A stretch of DNA of 64,000 nucleotides from Octopus vulgaris (GCA_951406725.2 OX597823.1:68944001-69008000); one strand, 5' to 3'. Shown: positions 1 through 11,620, numbered from the stretch's first letter. The notes: a model not told the origin generated them from the sequence alone. Numbers and translations: made by a program.

Positions 1-163
1 TAAAACTCACTTAATGAAACGAATATAAAAATACTTATCCTGTCCGATTAAAGGTAAAAAAAAGTAAAAAGAATTTTAAACACACTTTTGTGCTGTTTCC
101 ACTTTTACTTTTTACCTATAACCTTTGATTTGTCTGGATTCTTAACCCCTTTTCAACTATGTA

Positions 164-215
<52 letters not shown>

Positions 216-240
216 ATTTATACACATGTTTGTGCACACT

Positions 241-274
<34 letters not shown>

Positions 275-689
275 CCATATACCGCAGAATCTTCCAAAAC
301 TAGACACCAATATCTAAGCGTTATCTAAGCATAATAAGATTATCTCTGAAGGAAAACAACCAATATAAATGTAGCTAATCTCCACAAACCACGAATCCAC
401 AAATGCTTTCCACTTTACTTGAATGAAGGACAACTCAGAATAACCAGACTAAGATCTGAAAATCCACAAACAAGCATAACAAATATGTATTTTTATCATC
501 AGTCGCCACACACACACATATCATTCTTCGCAACACATTGGTATATATATATGTGTGTGTGTGTATAAATATATATATGTGTGTGTGTACATGTGTGTAT
601 ATATATATATATGTATGTATATATATGTGTGTGTGCATGTGTGTGTATATATATGTGTGTGTGTGTGTATGTGTGTGTGTGTGTTTGTA

Positions 690-1450
690 TGATTTTTCTT
701 TGAGTTTAAGCTTTTCTAGAGAGAGTTCAAGTGGTTGCTAACAAAGCGACAAGACTTCTTGAGTTAAGACAGTTCCCAGTGTTTGTAAACATGTGGTTGA
801 GTTGGTGTATTGGTTAAACTTTTGATGTATACACCCAAGTGTGTGCATCAATTCACATAAGGATCTCGCATGGAGAATTTTTGGAATGTCTTACAAATCT
901 CCTCTGAGCCACTAATAGATTGTATTTTGAGAATCCATGTCAGTTTTCTTTTGTTCTTTTTCCATGAATCCAAGTATTTGTAGGTTTTTGTACAAATTTG
1001 TTGGTACATAACTTAATGCACCTATGATGAGGTTTCATAGTCAGGGTACAAGAGCTGTAAGTTCTGCATTAATTCACCATAAATCTCTTTACCTGAACTT
1101 TTGGTTGTACATTCACATTCTTTGGGTAGCTGACCTCTAAAACAGTGCACGACATTTGTTCCCTATCCTACAGAATAATATCAGATCTGTTATGCTTACA
1201 CAGAATTGATGTTTTTATTGAGGTGTTCCACTAATATTTCCTGTTTTTAAAGTTGTGAATACCTAATGATTCTGATATGCTTTTGATGTATGCATCAGGG
1301 CAGACCTTCCTATGGATAGCATTGTGAACAGTCTTTGCAACTACATCGTGCTTCAGGGACAGTCAATATCTCATAGACATTTTGAGGCAGCTGCTAATGT
1401 GGTGAGTGATATCGTCTACTCTGGAATAGCAGAGCTAACAGCTTTTATCA
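690..1450 (-). mobile_element. 5'-truncated, decayed RLE non-LTR retrotransposon (R4/Dong-like), 3' end
   Basis: Minus strand reads DKSC*LCYSRVDDITHHISSCLKMSMRY*LSLKHDVVAK (CCHC knuckle plus RHD-like motif). Downstream sequence is homologous to the RLE copy at 8745-9470. Both ends abut microsatellites. Confidence 0.75.
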
Positions 1451-1609
1451 CAACATATATACATATGTATGTATATATGTATGTGTATATATATATGTGT
1501 GTGTGTGTGTGTGTATGTATATATACATGTATATATATTGTATGGAGGTATGATGATATATATGTGTAGTAAGCAAAGAAATAAAGTTGATGGTATTACA
1601 TTTATTAAT

Positions 1610-1737
1610 CTGGTTACGATTGTTTCAATAATTAGTGAAATTGTTTCATTAATTAACATGCTGAATTATAAAAATATAAAAAGGATCAATCCCTACAATA
1701 CTAAATGCAAGTTCCACTAATTGTCTCTTCAGACTGG
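1610..1737 (-). ncRNA. Type-I hammerhead ribozyme motif with long helix-II insertion (decayed)
   Basis: Minus strand: CCAGT-CTGAAGA-GACAATTAGTGGAA-(~70 nt)-TTTCACTAATTATT-GAAA-CAATCG-TA-ACCAG. Helix II pairs at 13 of 14 positions; helix I mismatches fit CpG decay. Confidence 0.6.
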
Positions 1738-1916
1738 CTATAAGAGTCATACTAGAGTACACAGCTGAATTTTATTAAATAAATATGAGACAGGGAAAGA
1801 TTTAGAAGATAGTTATAAATTAAATAGCAAGTTATCACACTATCAGAGAAACACTCAAGTAGTTTAGGGACTATGAAGACATACTGCCCTATTAGTTCTC
1901 ATTCATTCGATCGATT

Positions 1917-2527
1917 TGTAGTGGACGCGTGGATGTATTAATAAATACATATGTAAGAATTAGCACTTCCTTCTCTAAGCTTGGATTCAAAATCAAATCC
2001 AAGAATCATTGGTCGGCAAATACCAATGCACAAAAAGGCACCAAATCAGAATCTCTTTGTTCTGACGAAAAATGATGGATCGTCTCCCTTCGACCTCTGA
2101 CCTGAGCAGGTCAGGTGAAGTTTAACGGAACGACCAGCGACCTACTTTAACGATAACTCTCTTGCGATATATCTATTTTTCTGGCTATTTGAGATTTTAT
2201 AAATAGAACGGAGAAATAGGTATCTGCAGAGAACCAGAACCAACGCTTAAGAGAACGCCACAGATTTATGGAGACGACGAGAGAATATTCATAAAGGTGA
2301 TTGTCCTGCATGATTTACTCACACACACACACCATCAAACATATTCTTCTTTAATATGTACCATGTATTATGCATTCTTTAATATGTATTATTTGCAACC
2401 ACTATTTAATATGCATTTTGTACAAGCGGTGTGTAGCATTGCTTACAAATTGATGTAGTGAAAATAAATCTTTAATTTATTACAAAACAACTTATGTATT
2501 TATTAATACATCCACGCATCCACTACA
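1917..2527 (+). mobile_element. LTR of a Ty3/Gypsy retrotransposon
   Basis: TG...CA ends (TGTAGTG...CACTACA), TATAAATAG near 2198, AATAAA near 2463, followed directly by a PBS and gag. CpG-rich relative to the flanks. Confidence 0.75.
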
Positions 2528-2529
2528 TT

Positions 2530-2540
2530 TGGTGACCCCG
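2530..2540 (+). promoter_or_regulatory. Primer-binding site, tRNA-Trp type
   Basis: TGGTGACCCCG lies 2 nt after the LTR end and is complementary to the 3' end of tRNA-Trp (..CGGGGUCACCA). Confidence 0.75.
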
Positions 2541-2636
2541 TAAAACGAATCGCGCCTTCCCCGGAACCAGCTTCATCAACCGCGTCGAAGAATTACAGTT
2601 TGCACATCACCAGCAACGAAGCAACTGAAAATTCCG

Positions 2637-3197
2637 ATGAAAACAATGAATCTCCCGGAACAAAATCCAGCGGCCAACATCGACATGGCATTCCAAGCGG
2701 CGATCTCGTTAAAAATTCCACCATTCTGGACCCACGACCCGACATTGTGGTTTCACCATATAGAGGCACAGTTTGCCTCTCACAGAATATTGAGCGATGC
2801 GGCTCGACTTTCTCACGTTATCGGTTCTCTGTCACCAGAAATAACGAACGTAATACGTGACCTTATCATGGCACCACCCGGTTCTGTTTCATATGAAGTT
2901 TTTAAAACCACGTTAATAAACAGAACCTCAGAATCCCAACAAAAAAGACTTCACCAGCTTCTGATATCGGAAGAATTGGGTGACAAAACGCCGTCCCAGC
3001 TTCTTCGGAGAATGAAACAGCTTCTCGGAGATGAGACGCTCCCAGAAAAAATTTTCAAGCAACTTTTTCTCCAGTGTCTGCCCTCCAATACCCAGGTTGT
3101 TCTCGCGTCTACCAGAGAAAACACATCCCTTGAAGAACTGGTGGAGCTAGCTGACAAAATAGCCGAAGTACCGCACAGATATCCAACTATATATTAG
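2637..3197 (+). CDS. gag: Gypsy gag N-terminal part; element truncated, no pol
   Basis: 186-aa ORF with IPPFWTHDPTLWFHHIEAQF, LGDKTPSQLLRRM and LEELVELADKI, typical of metazoan Gypsy gag. Lies downstream of the LTR and PBS. Confidence 0.85.
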   Translation: MKTMNLPEQNPAANIDMAFQAAISLKIPPFWTHDPTLWFHHIEAQFASHRILSDAARLSHVIGSLSPEITNVIRDLIMAPPGSVSYEVFKTTLINRTSESQQKRLHQLLISEELGDKTPSQLLRRMKQLLGDETLPEKIFKQLFLQCLPSNTQVVLASTRENTSLEELVELADKIAEVPHRYPTIY

Positions 3198-3539
3198 TGG
3201 AGAGATTCAAAGATTATGGAATAAAATGCGTTTGTTCAAAGAGATGACAGTTTATGACTGTTTTCTTAGAAATAAGACAAATAAGCAGAAAAGAAATCAT
3301 CATCAATTAAGGTCCACTTAACCCCATTTGTATGGGTCAGGCAAAAAGTATTGAGACAGATTTTCTATGACTGGATACCCTTCTTGTCACGAATCCTCTT
3401 CTGTTTCCAATCAAGGTTTATATTTCTTCATCACCACAACCAGACATATCTCAGAAGATCAGAAATGAAAGACACTGCATATGCATGATGGTGACACTCT
3501 CTTAAGACGATGAAGGAATGTGAAGGCAAAGAGCCAATA

Positions 3540-3740
3540 ACATACACTCACAAACACACATGTACATGTACACACACACACACACACACACACACATTCG
3601 TATACAAAGAGCTTCTAACAGTTTTCATCTTCCAAATCCACTCACGAGGTTTTGGTCACACTGGAGCTGTAATAGAAGACACTTGACCATATGACACACA
3701 GTGGGATGGAACCCCAAACAATGTATTATAACTGGGAAGC
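3540..3740 (-). mobile_element. Family-1 (CORE-like) SINE, partial
   Basis: Reverse-complement similarity to the head of the 29354-29769 copy. Confidence 0.65.
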
Positions 3741-5327
3741 ATATAAAAAAGAAAATCAAGAGAAAGAGATTTGAACAGATAAGAAGGAACTAGAATTCAG
3801 GTACAGAATAAAGCTATAAGACTGGCACAAGAATTATGGCTGGTTATTAGGTGAATAAGGCACTGGTTCAGCCTTTTTTTATAATTCAATCCTCAGCTTT
3901 GAAAACCAAGTATACAGACCCATAAGTCGTACCTCGACTGATGGAAGAAATATTACTCTATACATCAATCAGAGCTATCTGAAGTTGGGCTTTGAGGAGA
4001 CTAAGGAAAACATTCATATTTTTGAAGATCCAGATATGTGACCTTCTTAGCTTACTCTAGTGTATGGACCTCATGTAGAGAGGCATCTTCCATGGTCAGA
4101 TAGTACTGCCATGTAGTTTTCTCTCCACTAGATTATAAATATTTAACACTTTAAGGCTTACAACTCTAATATAAAAAAAGTTGCTATTCCCATCTATGTT
4201 GCTAAAAATAACAAATTTTCCCATTAAATTTGATATTTGATTTGTTTTTTTTTGTAGGACAAAAAGTGAATGTGTGTGAGTGTGTTGTTATTACCTCCAC
4301 CTTAGCAAAGAATTCTGGATTATTTTTCCTGCTTTTTACTTAATTTTAAGAGTGGTTGGGTTCATTTTTTTGGTATTCTTGTTTGTGAGAGCAGTCGTGT
4401 TTATCTAAGATATTCTCATTTTAAAAATCATTTCTGGCTAATCATTGAGAGGACGTTGGTATTGCCTTGATGGAGGTTTTTCACTCTCTGAGTGCTCTTG
4501 TTGTTATTAACTTTAATGCTCAAATTTATAAACCAGTATTTTTTTAAAACATTAAAATGTAATTGTTTTTTTTTCTTTTCAGGTACAATGCATGCATCTT
4601 ACTATGGTAATGTTTTTTCATGCACTTCATGTTCACATGTTTTTAAGAAAGCATTCCTCAACCAAGAATCCATCTTGATTTAGATGTAAGCAAAAATAGA
4701 AAAATGTAATTATGCACAGAAACGACAAAACTTTCGTATCCTTCAGTTTGTGAAAAATCTCAGAAGTTTCTTATTGAATATTATTGGAAAACAAAAATGA
4801 AATATTTTATTTGACAAAAATTTCAAAAACTTCAGAGAGTTGTATAACAAGGCTATACATAGCAAACACCATCATTATCATCATTATCATTCCTGAGGCA
4901 CCAGTCACTGGGTGAAAGTAATGGCAACCATAGCAATAGCAACAATTATAATGGTGCTGACGATGTTGGCGACACTGATTGTGATAATAGTGAGGGTGAT
5001 GAAAACGATGACAAGAACATTGTTCCATACATTATCACCATCGATGTTGATGAAGACAATGAAGGAAAGAAAAAAGAGTAGGTTGCAACTTGAACAGTTG
5101 TATCAAAGGACAGAAATAGAGATATTTAGTCACAGATTGGATGCTACTACTGGTTCTAGAGCATGAACACATCACTCAGTACCATTCAGTAGCAAAAAAT
5201 ATAGAAACTATGCCACTGAACTCTATATAAATTTTGACATAAGTGAGCAATGGGAAAAACTTCCATCATGCTAGCTGAAACATCAAATTGCTCGCAAAAC
5301 TGTAAGGCAAAAAACACTTAAAAGACT

Positions 5328-5633
5328 AATAGATTTTGCCTGAAGCATTGTCGTAAATATATAAATATTTTTAAAATTAAAGCCAAAACAATGCATGTTT
5401 TAAGAAATACTTTTACTTTGTATTTCAATATTTTGAGGTTAGGACCCCTTCTTCAGGAAACCTTTAGAGAAATGATGTGAGCTGGCTTCTCTGTTTTCAT
5501 CTTGTATAACTTTTCCAAAGATTTCCTGAGCAAGGGATCTTGACCCCAAAATTTGAAATACAAGGAAAATGTACAAAAGATCAACATGTATTATTTCTTG
5601 TAACTTGCATAATTTTGGCTTTAAAATAAGTTT
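5328..5633. mobile_element. Inverted-repeat insertion (PLE pLTR-like) with two decayed hammerhead motifs and an ~18-bp TSD
   Basis: Arms ~5375-5460 and ~5522-5625 are reverse complements. The left arm (minus) reads TTTC-CTGAAGA-AGGGG..CCTC-AAAATATT-GAAA. Flanks AAAAACACTTAAAAGACT (5310-5327) and AAAAACAATTAAAAGACT (5634-5651). Confidence 0.6.
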
Positions 5634-5652
5634 AAAAACAATTAAAAGACTG

Positions 5653-6076
5653 AGCAGTTGTATACTGTCAACTTAAGGTGACAGTCCCATTGAGGGAATT
5701 TACACCACCGATGTTTAGCGCTAGGAAGCATCAACGCTTCCTGTCGGCCTTGACACTGAAAATATATATGTTTACGAAGGCTAGACAGGTATCTTCAGCT
5801 AGCAGGCCATGCTACTCCAGACTGATGACGAGCAAGACTTAGAAACATGTCTCTGGATGCAGGACGAACTGTTGGGGGTGCTTGTCTCCCCTTTGTAAAC
5901 ATAAGGACACAGGAAATGTGTCAAGGCTGACAGGAAGCGTTGATGCTTCCTATGGCTAAACAGCGGTGGTGTAATTCCCTCTATAGGACTGTCATGTTAA
6001 GTTGACAGTATACAACTGCTCTATCGTTCCATCACCGCTCATATCTCTCTGAGATATTTAGAAATTTCATATTTCT
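5653..6076 (+). mobile_element. Non-coding fold-back element with apical hammerhead ribozyme (retrozyme-like or PLE-derived), 13-bp TSD
   Basis: TSD AATTAAAAGACTG at 5640-5652 and 6077-6089. ~105-bp inverted arms 5652-5756 and 5918-6021, inner G-U-rich helices, hammerhead at 5816-5857. Confidence 0.8.
5816..5857 (+). ncRNA. Minimal type-I hammerhead ribozyme, intact core
   Basis: TCCAGA-CTGATGA-CGAGCAAGACTTA-GAAA-CATG-TC-TCTGGA: perfect 6-bp helix I, CUGAUGA and GAAA cores, palindromic ACATGT in place of helix III, GUC cleavage triplet ending at 5851. Confidence 0.85.
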
Positions 6077-7005
6077 AATTAAAAGACTGGTGAGGAGAAA
6101 AGCCTCTTCATGGACAGTATGTATTCTGAAACAAAAATGACGATGTAAACTCATCAGTGGCTGAAGACTTCAGGAGTAAATTCAGTAACAGAAGAATTTA
6201 TACTCGCAGGAATCACCCCAACACATCATCTCCCTATTACTCATCTATCAACAGGTTTTATTATTCTAAAGCTCTCCAACCTTTCTGGAACTTCCACTTA
6301 TCACTTCCTCCAGCTTGAGCCACTTTAATGCCTAATCCCCATATTTGTCATTGAACAATCTTCCTTGAATAGTGGACATCCTTGTCCACCATTCACTATA
6401 TTCACTTTTTCCTTGATCTCTAACAATCTATTACTCTTTCACACACTCTTGTGAAACAACCACTCTTCATGGCCTTCTGCCCCCTCTTCTTTCTCCTATT
6501 CACCTGTTTGACATTTTGTCACCGTCTTTATCTCTCTATCCAGCTTCTCCCATTTACCAAATCCACTATAGTAGAAGACACTTGCCCAAGGTGCCACACA
6601 GTGGGACTGAACCCAGAACCATGTGATTCGTAAGCAAGCTGCTTACCACACAGTCATAAATAATGCAGGGTAACCATATATAACCTCTGCAGCAAAGCAT
6701 CATTTCCTGTCCCTCTATCATCTTTCAGAGTTTCAAACTCGACACAAAGCCATCTCCTTCAATACAGCATACGCTCTCAGTTGAGGATTTCTTCTTGAGT
6801 TGGCAACCTTACAAATGCCAGTGCCAGAAGAAAGCACCCTGTACACTCTATAAAGTGAGTGGTATTTGGAAAGGTATCCAGCTGTGGAAAGCTTTCAAAA
6901 GCAGTAATTTGAGCTAGATGTTGTCATCACACTTGTCACATCTTGTCAAACCATTCAACCAACCAGTATGGAATGTGTATGTTAAATGATGATGTAATGA
7001 CGATA

Positions 7006-7050
<45 letters not shown>

Positions 7051-7356
7051 TAGGGTTAAGTAACTAGTTGCTTAGCCACATACAGAAAATTTAGAAATAG
7101 CAGTCAAAGACTGCTTATTTCTATTTTCTACAACTATAGCTCCACATATAACATTTACTTGTAACTCACATATGCAAAAGGAACTTTTATATATATATAA
7201 AGAACTTATTGTAAAAGTTCCTACTGATAATGGTTATATTTCCATATCGAAACTACTCAGTAATAATTATTAATTTTTAAAATTAATAATTATTTACCCT
7301 TATGTTATTAATAATAGAATTATATATATATATATATATACACACACACATATATA

Positions 7357-7597
7357 AAAGCACCATTTGAGTGTGGCTAATGCCAGTACCACCTCACTGG
7401 CCCTCAAGCTGGTGGCATGTAAAAGCACTCACTACACTCTTGGAGTGGTTGGTGTTAAGAAGGGCATCCAGCTGTAGAAACTTTGCCAGATCAGATTGGG
7501 GCCGGGTGCATCCTTCTGGCTCACCAGCCCGCAGTCAAAACGTCCAACCCACGCCAGCATTGAAAGTGGACATTAAACGATGATGATGATGATGATA
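7357..7597 (+). mobile_element. RTE LINE 3' UTR fragment with (GAT)n tail
   Basis: GGAGTGGTTGGTGTTAAGAAGGGCATCCAGCTGTAGAAA...TAAACGATGATG matches the 3' UTR of the RTE at 39511-40681. Confidence 0.75.
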
Positions 7598-7607
7598 CAC
7601 ACATATA

Positions 7608-7647
<40 letters not shown>

Positions 7648-7662
7648 CTTATCTTTCACTTA

Positions 7663-7729
<67 letters not shown>

Positions 7730-7810
7730 CACACATACACACACACACACACAGATAATAAAAGAAGGAAAAAGCACAAAATTTATATATTTTTGATATA
7801 TTTTAAAGGA

Positions 7811-8175
7811 TAAAAGCACCATCCGAACGTGGCCGTTGCCAGCGCCGCACCGACTGGCTTCTGTGCCAGTGGCACATAAAAAGCACCATCTGAACGTGGC
7901 CAATGCCAGCACCGCCTTGGCTGGCTTCCATGCCGATCACATGTTAAAAGCACCAACCGATGGTGGCCGATGCCAGACTCCCCTGGCACCTGTGCAGGTG
8001 GCGCACAAAAAGCACCCACTACACTCACGGAGTGGTTGGCGTTAGGAAGGGCATCCAGCTGTAGAAACACTGCCAGATCAGACTGGAGCCTGGTGCAGCC
8101 CCTGGCTTCCCAGACCCCGGTCGAACCGTCCAACCCATGCTAGCGCGGAAAACGGACGCTAAACGATGATGATGA
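7811..8175 (+). mobile_element. RTE LINE 3' UTR fragment with three ~60-bp units
   Basis: AAAAGCACC-headed tandem units followed by the conserved tail and (GAT)n. CpGs are retained, suggesting a young copy. Confidence 0.8.
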
Positions 8176-8715
8176 TATTTTAAAGGATAAAATATTATGA
8201 GAGTTGACCTGTTTTTGTGTTTCACTAATTGTCACATTGAAATTGGGGAAAATATTGCAATTTCATACTTTCATAAGAAACCAATGTCATGATTAACAAA
8301 ACATAAAACCAGCTGACTATCATAATATTCTATCCTTTAGAATATATCAAATCTATATAAATTGTGTCAATTTTCTTTCTTTTATTATATACTAGCAGAA
8401 GTACCTGGTGTTGCTCGGGATTCAAATACTCCAATGTTTTTGATACTTACTCTTTTACTCTTGACTTTGGCCATGCTTGAGCACCACGGTTAGTCGACTA
8501 AATTGACCTCAGGACTTATTCTTTGTAAGCCTAGTACTTATTCTATCGTTCTCTTTTGCCAACCTGCTATGTATGCATGCATGCATACATACATACATGC
8601 ATACATACATGCATGCATGCATGCATCCATCCATACACACACACACACGCATGCACACACGCACACACACACATACACATGCATGCATACATACATACAT
8701 ACATACATACATACA

Positions 8716-8744
<29 letters not shown>

Positions 8745-8746
<2 letters not shown>

Positions 8747-9470
8747 CATAGCAGTTGCCTGAAAATGTCATCACGGTATTAACTACTGATGAGACATGAT
8801 GTTGTCGCTTGAACACTATAATGAAATCCATTGGGAAGATAACCCAGAGGACAAAGAAATAAGAACCACTCATAATAAAAAGAAATATTGATGGAATGTA
8901 CCAATGAAGACCTCAATAAAATGTAAGCACAACAGAACTGATATAAAGATTTGGGATAGAGAAGAGAAACTGTGCACAGTTGTGGAAATTAGCTGCCCAG
9001 TGGATGTTAACATAATACTGATGATCAGTGAATAATAGAATACCTATGCTGAACTATTGAGAAATATGGAGTTACTCTATCCAGATTACAAGTTCAGGTT
9101 TATACCTGTAATTATTGGGGCCCTGGGATATGTAACACACTGCCTAAATACCAATCTTGAGAAATTAGGCTTCTCAAAACCAGAATGGAGAAAGATAATT
9201 CGAAGACTACAGATCCAATCCATCACTGGAGCTGTAAAGATCTGTAAAACTTTCCAGAAGTTTATCATTTAAATATATATGAGCATGTCTAGATATACAA
9301 GTATATGCATGAGACTGCACATATACATACATACATACATACATACATACATGCATACAAAAATAGCTTGTTGTTGATATTGAAATTCCAGTGAAGGAGC
9401 CTTGAATCTAGGTTAGAAACCAGCTCTTTCTCTATTGGCAAGAAATCTTGATATAAAACTGAACAACAAC
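8745..9470 (+). mobile_element. 5'-truncated RLE non-LTR retrotransposon (R4/Dong-like) in a (TACA)n array
   Basis: Reads ..SSCLKMSSRY..RHDVVA..WNVPMKTSIKCKHNR..IWDREEKLCTVVEISCP..FIPVIIGALG..KICKTFQKF. Starts directly after (TACA)n. Confidence 0.8.
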
Positions 9471-9645
9471 AAACAAATAAACATACAGAGTTCTATGTTC
9501 ATTGTTTTTACCTAACATTTATTCAATTCTGTATTTATCACAAATTCAATGGTTAATGGTATATACTTCTAACAATTGAAAAACTTCTTGCTCAAAGCTT
9601 TGCTTACAGGTCTGTCAGTCAGTCTATCTATCCGCCCACATGTAT

Positions 9646-9745
<100 letters not shown>

Positions 9746-9795
9746 ATGTTTCTATCTATATATGTATAAATAGCACGATGAAATAATAGTTTCAG

Positions 9796-9884
9796 AACTG
9801 AGGCACATCTGCAATATTTGTGGAAAGTCTTTTAAGAGGGTCTTCAGGCTGAAAAGCCACATCTGTTCTCACTTGAAGAGCTAA
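9796..9884 (+). other. Isolated C2H2 zinc-finger coding segment (LRHICNICGKSFKRVFRLKSHICSHLKS*)
   Basis: Exact C-x2-C-x3-F-x5-L-x2-H-x3-H spacing, preceded by TTTCAG and ending in TAA. Could be a ZNF exon remnant or a LINE C-terminus. Confidence 0.5.
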
Positions 9885-9977
9885 TGCTATGTTTCTGCTT
9901 GAAATAGTCAAGTTTTGTTTCAAAACAAACTACCTTTTGATATATGAATACATACATACATACATACATACATACAT

Positions 9978-10044
<67 letters not shown>

Positions 10045-10159
10045 TGTGTGTATGTATATATATGAAAAGCACAATTATGAATTACTGATACTCTTATGCA
10101 CAGCAATTCAAATAAATGGAATTGTTAATCAGTTGGACACAATATAATTTTACTCAAAT

Positions 10160-11620
10160 ACTCTAATAGAGCAAGAAGATGGAAAGAGTCCATGTTGCCA
10201 CTAATGTAGCTAAGAATATACTACACTTCCAAGAACTGTATGGAGTTTGTTGGGGTCATAGCTTGTAAGGGATTGTGGTTCATTTCTAATTTATTAGTCT
10301 TTTTATCAACAACAAAATCTAAGACTAGAGGACTGTGTCTGTTTAGAATGGAAGGCAAGAGTGTGTTGACAGCACCTAGCTGTGTATGGTCATAAATATT
10401 GTCAAGATATGTTTTAGGAGTAGTATAAAGTAACTGTCTATATAGGAGGCTGGATAGGGGAAGACCCCAAATCAAGATGTTAATTACCAGTTAAAGGGAC
10501 AAGATGCTAATAAAACCAATGATGTTAATACAGAGGAAATTATCATGGGGTACTATGGGTAATTGTTTATAAAACAATATTGTTTTGTTGTATAAAGATA
10601 AAAATTTAAGATTATTAATAATGATATTATAACCAAAATAGATAAAATGTGTATATATACCAATTTTCAACATTAGAAAGGGAAGGTTACATAGAATTAG
10701 TTTAATATTCATTCATGTACTTAATTATTTACTTATTAGGTGGTTTCTATAAAGACTGCTCTTGGTATTTACTTATGGAATAATGGGACGATAAATCATG
10801 CTATCTACAGTTGAAGGGAATGTTATACCAGATGGAGTCCTTATTTTCAGAATTATGGCATATGTAAGGGTGGAATCTACCTGCTCTCTCAACGCCTCTC
10901 AAAATCGTGACTTGATTATTAGGTATGTCTCTATTACCAGTATTTTTCTTATCCTTATAGTGTGGAGTAACCTGCCCATTCTCCTCACTACCTTTATTAT
11001 CTAAACTAAAATTCCTACTTGTTATAGCATTTAATTTCCTGTTGTTGCTTATTTTTTTATTTAAACTGATGGGTTTGTTGAATGCTTTTCTAATTGGTAT
11101 GTTTTCCCAGCCAAGCAATCTTGTAATCCTCCTATCCCTTAAAATCTCATTATTTCCACTATTATCAGGTGTTATACTTTCAGGATTAATAAAAGTAATT
11201 TCATGGTCATATCCTGCCTTAGATAAAGCGAAGTTGTAGTGGTGGGAATGAGTATTATAAATGTCTTTATTAGCTGATAATTTTGTAATTCTCTTAGAAA
11301 TAATTTTGACCACTGGTTTGAACACATTAGTGGGGTGATTTGATAATTTGTTCGCATAGCTCATAACTTAAACTGGTTTCCTATACGGGTGGTATAATCC
11401 TGAGTTAATCTCTAATGTAGTATCAAAAAATTTTCCACCTTTGTGCCATATTCAAACGTTGAAGCTTTTAAAAAATTTTCTAACTCTTTTCCTCATTCTT
11501 TCTATGACTGATTTATTGTCGCTAGGGATTATAAATAGAGTATCATCTCTATATAATCCTCCCTGCAATTCAGGGATTTAATTATTGAGGCACATCTTTT
11601 ATACATATAGTTTGAATTTA
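10160..11620 (-). mobile_element. Penelope-like element remnant (RT C-terminal half, linker, decayed GIY-YIG)
   Basis: YRDD at ~11535-11550, then YHPYRKP, YANKLSNHP..ISKRITKLS..YNFALSKAGY and IWYNIPF, motifs characteristic of PLE RTs. Frameshifted. Confidence 0.85.

Larger units (their letters stand above)
5075..6210 (+). mobile_element. Highly decayed R4/Dong-like remnant split by two nested insertions
   Basis: LQLEQLYQRTEIE at ~5080, then after the insertions EKPLHGQY...HQWLKTSGVNSVTEEFILA at 6090-6210, matching KPLHGKY...QWLRSSGLKAETEGFLIA of the 18675 ORF. Confidence 0.65.

Noticed and set aside
4583-4685. Plus-strand exon-like segment (strong acceptor, GTAAGC donor)
   Set aside because: Stops in all three frames; could only be a non-coding exon and has no further support.
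8392-8422. ACTAGCAG..CCTGGTGTTGCTCGGG, resembling a Helentron/HINE terminus
   Set aside because: Only ~30 bp and no second terminus found.
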